A stretch of 64,000 nucleotides of DNA from Poseidonia sp. (GTDB lineage: Archaea > Thermoplasmatota > Poseidoniia > Poseidoniales > Poseidoniaceae), in NCBI GenBank assembly GCA_965661285.1, contig CBFIDD010000002.1, positions 320,001-384,000 of the forward strand, written 5' to 3'. The notes under the pieces were generated by a model that was given only the letters and a program-made list of their open reading frames with translations, ran no database searches and had not been told where the DNA came from. Positions within the stretch are counted from its first letter, which is position 1, and every line of letters begins with the position of its first letter. The position numbers and the translations under genes are program-made. Below are positions 1 to 8,322 of the stretch, in pieces.

Positions 1-1
1 T

Positions 2-436
2 TTGGTCCTTGAAGGCGTTCGACTGCGCTTGAAGCTCACCGTTTTTGGACAGCGAGACTACGAGGCCAATCAGATTTCGGCCTTGGCATGGGGTGCGGTC
101 GGTGTCGGATTTGTTTTGCTTCTCGTACCGCACGAAGCCTATGCATGGCCCATCATCGCCAGCCTGGCGTTGGGAGACCCATTGATGGGTGAATTACGTC
201 GGAAAGATATCGAAGACCGGAAGGTCATGACCTACGCGACACTTCTGCTTCTCGCCATATGGCTTGTTTCATCCTTCCAATTCGGCACGCCGTTGTGGAT
301 GGCCTTCCTGCTCCCACCGGTCTGCATGATCTCCGAATGGCCTCGTCTCACCTACATCGACGATAACGCCACGATGGTCCTCATCCCCTTGGCTTTGGTT
401 CTCGTGCTGGAACCCTTCGCCTTGGTGATGGCATAA
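2..436 (+). CDS. Dolichol/phytol kinase-like (cytidylyltransferase family) membrane protein, 5' partial
   Basis: Several hydrophobic helices; LALGDP and C-terminal IDDNATM motifs typical of the family; runs off the window edge. Confidence 0.6.
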   Translation: MVLEGVRLRLKLTVFGQRDYEANQISALAWGAVGVGFVLLLVPHEAYAWPIIASLALGDPLMGELRRKDIEDRKVMTYATLLLLAIWLVSSFQFGTPLWMAFLLPPVCMISEWPRLTYIDDNATMVLIPLALVLVLEPFALVMA

Positions 437-507
437 CCGGATATTTTCAGCCCGCTGTTTCAATATGTTGAAATGGGGGGTTACTGTCGTTGGATTCAGT
501 GGACGAC

Positions 508-618
508 ATGGCGGACGATAACACCAACTCGGACCCACCACAAATTGCCTATCAAGTGGGTTTTGCACTCGCCATCATTCTTCTTGGCGTGGTCATGTTC
601 CGCTACCCGCTTTGGTAA
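508..618 (+). CDS. Candidate 36-aa single-pass membrane microprotein
   Basis: Translated by hand: MADDNTNSDPPQIAYQVGFALAIILLGVVMFRYPLW*; fills the gap between two + strand genes; too short for the ORF track. Confidence 0.55.
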   Translation: MADDNTNSDPPQIAYQVGFALAIILLGVVMFRYPLW

Positions 619-674
619 GCATTCAGGTCCGATTTTGAACATCTCTTGAAAAAGGGAGCCCTTTTGGAGATAGT

Positions 675-2462
675 ATGTGCGCTATCGCAGGCATGCTTGG
701 CCATCCTGATGGCAGCGTCCTGCAACGCATGAATCGACTGCAACAGCACCGAGGCCCCGATGAAAACGATGTGTGGATGGACGACAGCGTCGGCTTCGCC
801 CACGCTCGACTTTCGATCCTCGACCTCGATTCAAGTCAGCAACCGATGAGCGACCATGATGGAGCCGTTCTGGTCTTGAACGGAGAGATCTACAACCATC
901 GAGAACTCAGAAATGCCCATGCCGCCTACCCGTTTCGTACGGCAGGCGACACCGAAGCCGTTCTTGCCGTTCACCGAACAACACGGGCCGTGGCATCAGG
1001 TCCACTTTCAGCAAACGACCATGCCGCATGGCTGGCAACGCTCGACGGCATGTACGCCATAGCGCTGTGGAATCCCGCCGACCGGCAGTTCATCCTCGCT
1101 CGCGACCCCATGGGCATCAAACCTCTGGCTCGTACGGAAATTGACGGGACACTGCTGTTCGCCAGTGAAGTGAAGGCGTTCCAGGCCCACGAAGGACATC
1201 GGCCCGAACTCGACGAACTGGCCCTGGCCGCACGCCTGGTTTGGGAATACCCGCTTGATGCCACCACCCTCCTGAAGGGTGTTCATCAGGTCAGGCCTGG
1301 CACGGTTGAACGCTGGGCGCTGGACCACCACGGTCGGGCGACCCTTCTCGACCGAGCCAACATTGAGCGACAGCACCTCCAGCCAGCTACGTCTTGGAAT
1401 CCGAACGCCCACGCCGATGACCTTCTGGAAAGCTTCGTTGAGGGCGTGCAACAACGCTTGCTATCAGATGTACCCGTGGGCATCGTGTTGTCCGGAGGTC
1501 TTGATTCGAGTTTGGTGGCAGCCGTCGCCCACGAAGCAGCAGAACGAGCCGAACAGGACGTCCCTGCCTGTTGGACGGTCGCTGAGAGCGAAGAAAATCC
1601 AGATTGGGTGGCCGCCGAGCAGGTGGCCGCACATCACGACCTTGTTCATCATCAGCACCTTTTGGAGGCCGATGCCTTTGACAAGCGCTTGCCGGACTTG
1701 GCATGGCACGGCGAAGATGCCGACGTGACGGTCATGTTCTTTCACCCGCTGTTTGAACACATGTCGAGGCATGTCAAAGTTGGATTGTGCGGCCAGGGTG
1801 CCGACGAGTTGCACGCTGGCTACCCACGCTATGGCGACTTGGGTCAGCACAACGCTTTGCTGCAGCAGCGAATGAACGCCCTGCCCGACATGCATCGATC
1901 GGCACTCCTGAACGGCGGCTTATCGTCAGGCGAAGGATGGTACCAATCTTCCCACGACCCGGCGAAGCCGACCGCTGACCTCGGCAGCATGTTGAATTTT
2001 GAGCTTGAGCACGGGCAATTGAGCAACTTCCAACTCCGCTTGGTTGACCGGCACTCGATGGCTCACTCGCTTGAGGTCCGGGTCCCCTTCTTGGGCAGCG
2101 CTCACCGAAAAGCCTCGTACGCTTTGCCCTTGGATTGGAAACGCAGCGCTCAACGGGAAGAAAAGGCAGCCCTCCGCCGGGCCGCCGACCTCACAAACCT
2201 TCCCAAAGACATCGTCCGCCGGCCGAAACTTCCTGCGGGGCGGGCGACAGCCCCGGCCATGCTCGAAACATTCCTTGATGAACGTAGGAGTCAGGTCGAG
2301 GAACTCATGGCACACTACAACCAGTGGAAACCCGTGCTCAAAGGCCAAGAAGAACTGGCCATCGGCTTGGGCCTGTTTGAGGCACTCCACTTGCGCCACG
2401 ACGGTCATCGGCGGGCGAAGCAGAGCATCGACGCTCTCCTCAACGAGGTGATTTCGGCATGA
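675..2462 (+). CDS. asnB: Asparagine synthase-type glutamine amidotransferase
   Basis: N-terminal Cys (MCAIAG), HRGPD, NGEIYN, RDPMGIKPL, LSGGLDSS, GQGADE, EVRVPFL. Confidence 0.92.
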   Translation: MCAIAGMLGHPDGSVLQRMNRLQQHRGPDENDVWMDDSVGFAHARLSILDLDSSQQPMSDHDGAVLVLNGEIYNHRELRNAHAAYPFRTAGDTEAVLAVHRTTRAVASGPLSANDHAAWLATLDGMYAIALWNPADRQFILARDPMGIKPLARTEIDGTLLFASEVKAFQAHEGHRPELDELALAARLVWEYPLDATTLLKGVHQVRPGTVERWALDHHGRATLLDRANIERQHLQPATSWNPNAHADDLLESFVEGVQQRLLSDVPVGIVLSGGLDSSLVAAVAHEAAERAEQDVPACWTVAESEENPDWVAAEQVAAHHDLVHHQHLLEADAFDKRLPDLAWHGEDADVTVMFFHPLFEHMSRHVKVGLCGQGADELHAGYPRYGDLGQHNALLQQRMNALPDMHRSALLNGGLSSGEGWYQSSHDPAKPTADLGSMLNFELEHGQLSNFQLRLVDRHSMAHSLEVRVPFLGSAHRKASYALPLDWKRSAQREEKAALRRAADLTNLPKDIVRRPKLPAGRATAPAMLETFLDERRSQVEELMAHYNQWKPVLKGQEELAIGLGLFEALHLRHDGHRRAKQSIDALLNEVISA

Positions 2463-3661
2463 ATTTGAGAGAACACAACCAACGCTTGGAAAACAAACGC
2501 GAGGAAATCACGGCGTGGATGGCAAAAAAACGTGCTGAGGTCCCCATCCCAATCTATGGTAGCGTGGATGTACGCGACGCCGGTTGGAAAATCGGGGTTG
2601 TTGACGCGAATCACTTCCCGGCTGGATTTAACAACGTATCTGAAGAAAACCTGATTGAACTTGCGAACTTGTTCAAAGAGCACGTCCACCGTGTCAACCC
2701 CTCCTGTGCTTGGGTTCACATCTACCCTGAAAACCACACGCGAAACCCCGGTTATGTAGAAAACATTGCCAGTATTCAATCCATGATCGAGCATGCAGGA
2801 TTTACCTGCACCGTAGGTTCTCCTGACCTCAACGAATTCGATGCACTCAACGGATTGTCCGGCCCGTTGATGCTGCAAAGCGTCGAAGTGGATGACGAAG
2901 GAAAGCTGACGGTCGGGCAACAGAATCCGGACTTGATTTTACTCAACAACGATTTGACCGAAGGCATCATTCCAGGAATTCAAAGCACCAACATCACACC
3001 ACCACCTCACATGGGTTGGTATCGCCGACGCAAATCGCAACATTATGAGATGCTCAAGCCTTACGTCGAGGAAATGGCCGACCTTCTTTCCTTGGATCCG
3101 TGGCATTTGATGCCAGAGTGGTTTGTCTCTCAAGACAAATGTTTGATCGAAGATGCATGCAGGTTCAAACTTGCCGCTGAGATCGATGCCTTCCTTGACC
3201 GCCTGCGAGCGAAGTACGCGAGCCTCGGCATCGAGCGAGAACCCACGGTCGTGATGAAGAACGACAGCGGCACCTACGGCCTTGGCGTCATGATGTTAAC
3301 ATCCGGCGAGCAAATCCTCAATCTCTCGAAGCGAAAGGCGAACAAACTCCGTTATGCCAAAGGCGGTGCTGATGTTGAAAACTACCTCATCCAAGAAGGC
3401 ATACCGACCGCCCTTTCCACCGAGAACAACGAAACCCTCGAGCCTGTGGTCTATCTCGTGGATGGTGAGGCCGCCTCCTGGTTTTACCGCATCAATGCGA
3501 AAAAATCCGACATGGACAATCTCAACTCCCCCAGTTCTCGATTTGAGAATTACGAAGACAGCAAAAACCCGCACCTCGAAGAAGCACACGGGTGGCACGC
3601 CCTCGTCGCTGAATTGAGCATGCTCGCCATGGGGGCGGAAGCCAAAGCATCGGCCAACTAA
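2459..3661 (+). CDS. gshA: Glutamate-cysteine ligase, ATP-grasp-like GshA type
   Basis: PIYGSVDVRDAGWK..VDANHFPAGFNN, PENHTRN, LLNNDL, KNDSGTYGLGV, IQEG motifs; ATGA overlap with asnB. Confidence 0.85.
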   Translation: MNLREHNQRLENKREEITAWMAKKRAEVPIPIYGSVDVRDAGWKIGVVDANHFPAGFNNVSEENLIELANLFKEHVHRVNPSCAWVHIYPENHTRNPGYVENIASIQSMIEHAGFTCTVGSPDLNEFDALNGLSGPLMLQSVEVDDEGKLTVGQQNPDLILLNNDLTEGIIPGIQSTNITPPPHMGWYRRRKSQHYEMLKPYVEEMADLLSLDPWHLMPEWFVSQDKCLIEDACRFKLAAEIDAFLDRLRAKYASLGIEREPTVVMKNDSGTYGLGVMMLTSGEQILNLSKRKANKLRYAKGGADVENYLIQEGIPTALSTENNETLEPVVYLVDGEAASWFYRINAKKSDMDNLNSPSSRFENYEDSKNPHLEEAHGWHALVAELSMLAMGAEAKASAN

Positions 3662-3698
3662 CCCAACAGGATGAAAGCCAAGATTTCCTCGCAGCACC

Positions 3699-4376
3699 AT
3701 GAGCCAGCGGGTTTGGTTGTACATCATGACCATCGCCGTTGGGCTGTGGATTTCTGCAACCGCTGCGGGAGGTCTTCTCCCTGATGCGCTGGCCGAATGG
3801 CCCGTGAACGTATGGTGCTGGGGCGTGTTTGCGTTTATTTTCAAAGGCGCCGACCAAAAGGAGCGCATTGAGATGGTCGCCGTCGTAGCGCTCGCAACGC
3901 CCATGGAACTGTTCTTCTCCGAGGTTTGGCTGGTCTACGAGTACCAACGCGAATTCATGCCGCTCTTTGTCCCAGCAGGCCACTATTTCCTCTTCGATCT
4001 GGGCCGGCGAGGAGCATCCCTGATGCGGGTTGAAATGGCCCTTCCGCTGCTCTTGCCCTTCGTCCCCCTCGTGGCCTACGGCGCATGGACGGGAGGTGAC
4101 ACCTCCGGGGTCGTCATGCTGCTCCTCGTCTTGGGATTCACCAAATGGGGACCCCAACCGCGACTGTATGCCGCCATGGCGTGGGCAGCCTTGGCCATGG
4201 AACTCTGGGGGACCTATCTCGGAAACTGGACGTGGGCCACCGACGTGCCTTGGACCAACTTGACAGCGTGGAATCCGCCACTCCTGGTGGGCGCCTTCTA
4301 CTGTTTTGGCGACCTCTTGGTTAACCTGTGCGTTGCTAAGTTTCAAGGGGAACCTACGTCCGAGGTTCTACCATGA
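3699..4376 (+). CDS. Uncharacterised multi-pass membrane protein
   Basis: About 6-7 hydrophobic segments; two similar halves (MELFFSEVWLVYEY / MELWGTYLGNWTW). Confidence 0.75.
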   Translation: MSQRVWLYIMTIAVGLWISATAAGGLLPDALAEWPVNVWCWGVFAFIFKGADQKERIEMVAVVALATPMELFFSEVWLVYEYQREFMPLFVPAGHYFLFDLGRRGASLMRVEMALPLLLPFVPLVAYGAWTGGDTSGVVMLLLVLGFTKWGPQPRLYAAMAWAALAMELWGTYLGNWTWATDVPWTNLTAWNPPLLVGAFYCFGDLLVNLCVAKFQGEPTSEVLP

Positions 4377-4705
4377 CCGGCGCTGACGAGCTGCGCAAGC
4401 GCCGCGAGCAAGAGGCGCTTCGTATTCGTACGGCGCTGAACCGGCAGCGTGGCGAACAGCGTGCCAACACCAAGGGAGGCGAAGGAACCGTGGCCTTTGT
4501 TGAGGAACGCAAATGCATCGGTTGCGACCAGTGCACCATCGTCTGTGATGACGATGCGATTGAACTCTACTTCGTGGATGTCCGCAGCCCGCTGATGTCG
4601 GTGGAGAGCAACCGGAAGGCGAAGATCATTCGAGATGCGTGCACAGGATGCCGATTGTGTGTCCTCGCATGCCCAACCGATGCCATCACGATGATTGACC
4701 GATGA
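4373..4705 (+). CDS. 2x[4Fe-4S] ferredoxin
   Basis: CIGCDQCTIVC and CTGCRLCVLACP; ATGA overlap with the upstream gene. Confidence 0.9.
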   Translation: MTGADELRKRREQEALRIRTALNRQRGEQRANTKGGEGTVAFVEERKCIGCDQCTIVCDDDAIELYFVDVRSPLMSVESNRKAKIIRDACTGCRLCVLACPTDAITMIDR

Positions 4706-4715
4706 GGTGAACCCC

Positions 4716-5003
4716 ATGTCAAAGAAAGGAAAAGATGCAACAGCCCAGCGATTTGGAGGCGAATTTGGCCCTTACAGGAAACCCGGCACGGAAGGCGTTT
4801 CGCTGTCGACCTTCAAGAACCTGGTATGGACTTCGAATATCGGAGGTTTGCTCCTCGTCGTGCTCGCTTTGGAACTGCTCTTTGTCCAGCAGCGATTCAT
4901 GTGGGGCTTCCTGTCCTTGGTCGCCGGTGTGGCCATCGCCCTGTTCCCGTCCAACTACGAAATCGTCGGGATGAGCGACGAGGACGAAGACGACGCATCG
5001 TGA
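4716..5003 (+). CDS. Small two-helix membrane protein
   Basis: ATG at 4716 after a GAGGTGA Shine-Dalgarno; two hydrophobic segments and an acidic tail. Confidence 0.7.
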   Translation: MSKKGKDATAQRFGGEFGPYRKPGTEGVSLSTFKNLVWTSNIGGLLLVVLALELLFVQQRFMWGFLSLVAGVAIALFPSNYEIVGMSDEDEDDAS

Positions 5004-5018
5004 TGAGGCGTATCAATC

Positions 5019-5122
5019 GGTAGCGTCTGACAAGACCCACTGCAAGCCCTCTGATGAGGTCAAAACGAATCAGTGGGTTTGTGCATTGACCCTTTGATTC
5101 GTTAGTATAACCATTGAATCAG
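5019..5122. repeat. Left arm of a 104-bp inverted repeat bounding the island
   Basis: Aligns without gaps to the reverse complement of 8171-8274; by hand count 84/104 identical, 63/68 in the core 5034-5101. Confidence 0.9.
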
Positions 5123-5125
5123 CCT

Positions 5126-6313
5126 CTACTTTGCTTTTCGATCTGAATATGAACTCAACCATGCCTCATCAATCATTTCGTTAATCCAATATTTACTTCG
5201 TTTTATTATCGTCATGAGTTGCCTTCCATGTATTAACTTCAATGGATATCTTAGTTCATGAACCTCTTCTTGTGCTTGTTTTGAGAAAAATGAGGTGGTG
5301 ACATAAATCCCATATTCTCCTCTGTCGAGTCTTGCAACTAAGCGCGATAATTGAACGGGATTAATGTAGTTTGAACTGGCATACCTCTTCACCTCTCCTT
5401 TCAATTTAATCTCAAATCTGAATGGTTCATCAATCATCATTGAACCTATGAAATCAAATCCTCCGTCTCCACTATTCTTGGTTTTTTCTAGATTTTTGAA
5501 TAAAGTGCCTCCGACTTCAAGGAAAAGATCAACGATTATTTGTTCAAAGACATACGGGTTAATTTCATTCAAGCGTTCCAATGCCATCCATTCTGGAGAA
5601 TTGGTTGGTGGTAATTGATCTTCTTTTGTCAAAATTGAATCATTCCAAGCGGTAAGATATGAGTGGGCATTCCTTGATACGTATTCTCTCCAAGCAAGAG
5701 GAGATTTGTCCAGTCGGGAATCAAGTTCCTCATGCTTGCGCCAATTCGTCAACCAATCAATCGCAACCTGTGGGGTATTTAGAATTCGTAAAGTTGCTCT
5801 GTAATTCCTAACAGGTATGTCTCCATCCATGAACCACTCAACGTCTAATTTTTCTAGAATGCACAAACCGTTGAAGCGATTATATCCCGTTCTTTTTGTG
5901 AAATGGAGAATGAAGGAAGGTTGAGTTGAACCGTTGCGGAGGTTTTCATCGAGCGCCTTCAGTACTTTGTTTCCTTTGAAATCATCAAGAGACTTATCTG
6001 GGTCTGCAACTGAATCGCCCCAGTAATAAATTACACCATTGTGCTGGTCAACAATATCATCCCAAGGTTTAGGAGTATTCGTTTTACCTGAGTGAGTGAA
6101 CAAAAACACACCGTCAATTTGCTTCTTTCTTGATGAGTTTGGAGATTTCAATGCTCTAATGCCCCCTGCATTAGTCAACCCGGATTCAGGTAGGTTAACC
6201 CAACTCAGAAATTGGTCTTCCGGATCGTCTTTCCTTTTTGCGTCTCTGTACTCTTTGCCGACCTCAAAGAATTTCCCAGAGCCTGCTGTAATCCAGTTAT
6301 CTGAACCACTCAT
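5126..6313 (-). CDS. Modification-dependent restriction endonuclease, MspJI/AspBHI-like (N-terminal recognition domain plus Mrr catalytic domain)
   Basis: PWDD...IYYWGD N-terminal region; FEQ...DGGFDF...GEVKRY PD-(D/E)xK motif; SRLVARL; GIYVTTSFFS; no methylase nearby. Confidence 0.8.
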   Translation of the reverse strand: MSGSDNWITAGSGKFFEVGKEYRDAKRKDDPEDQFLSWVNLPESGLTNAGGIRALKSPNSSRKKQIDGVFLFTHSGKTNTPKPWDDIVDQHNGVIYYWGDSVADPDKSLDDFKGNKVLKALDENLRNGSTQPSFILHFTKRTGYNRFNGLCILEKLDVEWFMDGDIPVRNYRATLRILNTPQVAIDWLTNWRKHEELDSRLDKSPLAWREYVSRNAHSYLTAWNDSILTKEDQLPPTNSPEWMALERLNEINPYVFEQIIVDLFLEVGGTLFKNLEKTKNSGDGGFDFIGSMMIDEPFRFEIKLKGEVKRYASSNYINPVQLSRLVARLDRGEYGIYVTTSFFSKQAQEEVHELRYPLKLIHGRQLMTIIKRSKYWINEMIDEAWLSSYSDRKAK

Positions 6314-6353
6314 GAATTCCCCTCAACTGTTGTGGTAATTGAAATTATCACAT

Positions 6354-6432
6354 TAATCAGAGGGTCACTCTGATTAGGCCTCAAAGCAGAGGGTACCCAC
6401 TGCTTACCCATCTGAGCAAAGGGCGCCCTCTG
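6354..6432. repeat. Cluster of palindromes related to the island-end repeats
   Basis: TAATCAGAG-N5-CTCTGATTA, CAGAGGGTACCCACTG and CAAAGGGCGCCCTCTG share TCAGAGGG / ACCCACTGC words with the terminal repeats. Confidence 0.65.
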
Positions 6433-6449
6433 AAGAATAATTATCCAAC

Positions 6450-7100
6450 CTAGATCCAACCCTTAAGAATCGTGTGTATACCCGCTTTTAGTTCAACACT
6501 CATATCGAGGTTAAGAAACGTTAAGTCTGGGTGTTTAAGGGCAGATTTGGAAGGGCTTGAGGGGTTTGCCAGAGGATAAAGTCCCAAGGCGAAAGCCAAC
6601 ATCTGTCCAAATGCTTGAAGGGCATCTTCTAGTCTGGTAAAATGCCCGTTTCTCATTAATGCCTCTGCACCTCTCTGCATGAGTGAGAGTAGATTCAACT
6701 TATGTTCAATTAGCACTTCAACTGAAACCTCTCGTTCATACAATGCTGGAGTAAGTGAAAAAAGAGAAAGAAAGCGATATTCCTTGAGAAAGATTTTGGT
6801 GATGGCACTCGCAAACATATCTAAATCGCTTAATTCAAGTTTGGAATCTTCCTCTAATCCGAGAACTACGTCCTCAAAATCGCATAGATGAACATGAAGA
6901 AGCAACGATTGGATGTTCTCAAAATATCTGTAAATACCGCTCGGTGAAATTCCAACCGAGCTGGCAAGCGGACGCATTCGAAGATCCAGCGGGTCAGTTG
7001 TTTTGAGAAGCGTGCGGACGGCTTCAACAATCGCTCTTTTTCTGACTTCACGATGCTCAGTTGAACGAGCGCGTTGGAAGGGAATCTCTGGGCCAGTCAT
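6450..7100 (-). CDS. TetR/AcrR-family transcriptional regulator
   Basis: FQRARS.. N-terminus; HTH LASSVGISPSGIYRYFEN; divergent from the SDR. Confidence 0.88.
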   Translation of the reverse strand: MTGPEIPFQRARSTEHREVRKRAIVEAVRTLLKTTDPLDLRMRPLASSVGISPSGIYRYFENIQSLLLHVHLCDFEDVVLGLEEDSKLELSDLDMFASAITKIFLKEYRFLSLFSLTPALYEREVSVEVLIEHKLNLLSLMQRGAEALMRNGHFTRLEDALQAFGQMLAFALGLYPLANPSSPSKSALKHPDLTFLNLDMSVELKAGIHTILKGWI

Positions 7101-7137
7101 GTGAATAACCCCTGCTCTGGGTGGAGGACACTTGAAC

Positions 7138-7160
7138 TTAACGGAACACTGTTTCGTTAA
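7138..7160. promoter_or_regulatory. Candidate TetR operator
   Basis: TTAACGGAACA-C-TGTTTCGTTAA, 10/11 symmetric, in the 66-bp divergent tetR/SDR gap. Confidence 0.7.
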
Positions 7161-7166
7161 ATATAT

Positions 7167-8174
7167 ATGGAGGATTTGGTTCGGCGAATCATGCCTCGTT
7201 CTCTCCGAATTGACCCAAGCCTTCGTAACATCGACCTCTCCGGAAAAAGATACGTCATCACCGGTGGCTCAAGCGGCTCAGGACAAGCCACGGTTGAATT
7301 CCTTGCAAAGCAGGGTGCCGAGGTGATCACCACGGGACGAGATCTGGCTCGTGGGCGTCAAAATTTTGAATCCCTACCGCTCGCTGTCCAGGGACGAATC
7401 ACACTCCTTCATCTTGATTTAGAAAACATGGAAAGTGTCGAAAAGTTTGCAGCTGAGGTAAACAAAAAGTGGCAGTCGTTTGATGCATTGGTCAACAATG
7501 CGGGAGGTGCCCTCACGAAAAACGGCACTTTCGAGCTAAACAGAAAAACATACGACAAACAATTTGTCGGCAACCATATAGGGGTATTCCACCTCAGTAA
7601 CTTACTTCTTCCCGGGCTTGAAGCCAATGATGGGGCTCGACTCATCAACGTCTCATCCGTCATGCACGACCAGGCGAAAGGTTTGCAGTCGACTCAGGCT
7701 CAGATACATTGGGATGACATCCATGCCCGCAAGCGCAAGTTCGATGGGTTTGACCAGTATGCTCAATCAAAACTCGCCAACCTCCTTCACGCAAAATCGC
7801 TGGCAAGGAAGTACGATAAAGACAACATTGCTGTTTTCCCCGTTCACCCAGGGACGATCAGCAAAGGCAGTCGTTTCGGCCGTTCGATGGGACCACTAAT
7901 GCGCGCAATGATGGTCCCTCTTAGCATCCTGATGGGACCTATCATGCGCCCCATCACGAAGGAAGACGGCGCTCAGACCACCCTCCACTGCCTGCTTTCC
8001 GAGGAAGCTCTGAACCACCACGGAGTGTATCACGCTCAAACCGGACTCAAACACAGCGACGGTGTTCGCGGGGGCTGGCCGTACCGGTCAGCCAATCCGT
8101 TGTCTCATGACGAAGCCGCTCAGGACCAATTGTGGAGCCTGAGTGAGGAACTTGTGGCAGAATTGAAAGCCTGA
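7167..8174 (+). CDS. Short-chain dehydrogenase/reductase, retinol dehydrogenase-like
   Basis: TGGSSGSG, NNAG, NVSS, YAQSKLAN, VHPG. Confidence 0.9.
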   Translation: MEDLVRRIMPRSLRIDPSLRNIDLSGKRYVITGGSSGSGQATVEFLAKQGAEVITTGRDLARGRQNFESLPLAVQGRITLLHLDLENMESVEKFAAEVNKKWQSFDALVNNAGGALTKNGTFELNRKTYDKQFVGNHIGVFHLSNLLLPGLEANDGARLINVSSVMHDQAKGLQSTQAQIHWDDIHARKRKFDGFDQYAQSKLANLLHAKSLARKYDKDNIAVFPVHPGTISKGSRFGRSMGPLMRAMMVPLSILMGPIMRPITKEDGAQTTLHCLLSEEALNHHGVYHAQTGLKHSDGVRGGWPYRSANPLSHDEAAQDQLWSLSEELVAELKA

Positions 8175-8274
8175 TTCAATCCACAATTCGTCGAATCATA
8201 GGGTCAAAGCACAAACTCACTGATTCGTTTTGACCCAATCAGAGGGCTTGCAGTGGGTCGAATCACTCGCTACC
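8171..8274. repeat. Right arm of the 104-bp inverted repeat
   Basis: Reverse complement of 5019-5122; begins at the SDR stop codon; followed by the perfect 18-bp palindrome TCAGAGGGGCCCCTCTGA (8293-8310). Confidence 0.9.
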
Positions 8275-8322
8275 CTGAGATTTGGCAACCCATCAGAGGG
8301 GCCCCTCTGAGTCGTCGCCGTC

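Larger units (their letters stand above)
5019..8310. mobile_element. Repeat-bounded accessory island (restriction enzyme, TetR, SDR) with no recombinase
   Basis: Abrupt AT-rich shift at about 5.1-7.2 kb, flanking inverted repeats, accessory cargo between two convergent core operons. Confidence 0.55.

Noticed and set aside
5064-5103. Canonical integron attC site
   Set aside because: The AAC...GTT hairpin is only about 40 nt, AAC is absent in the second copy, and no intI is in the window; kept only as an analogy
5019-8274. IS element or composite transposon
   Set aside because: No transposase ORF and no target-site duplication (flanks TATCAATC / CTGAGATT)
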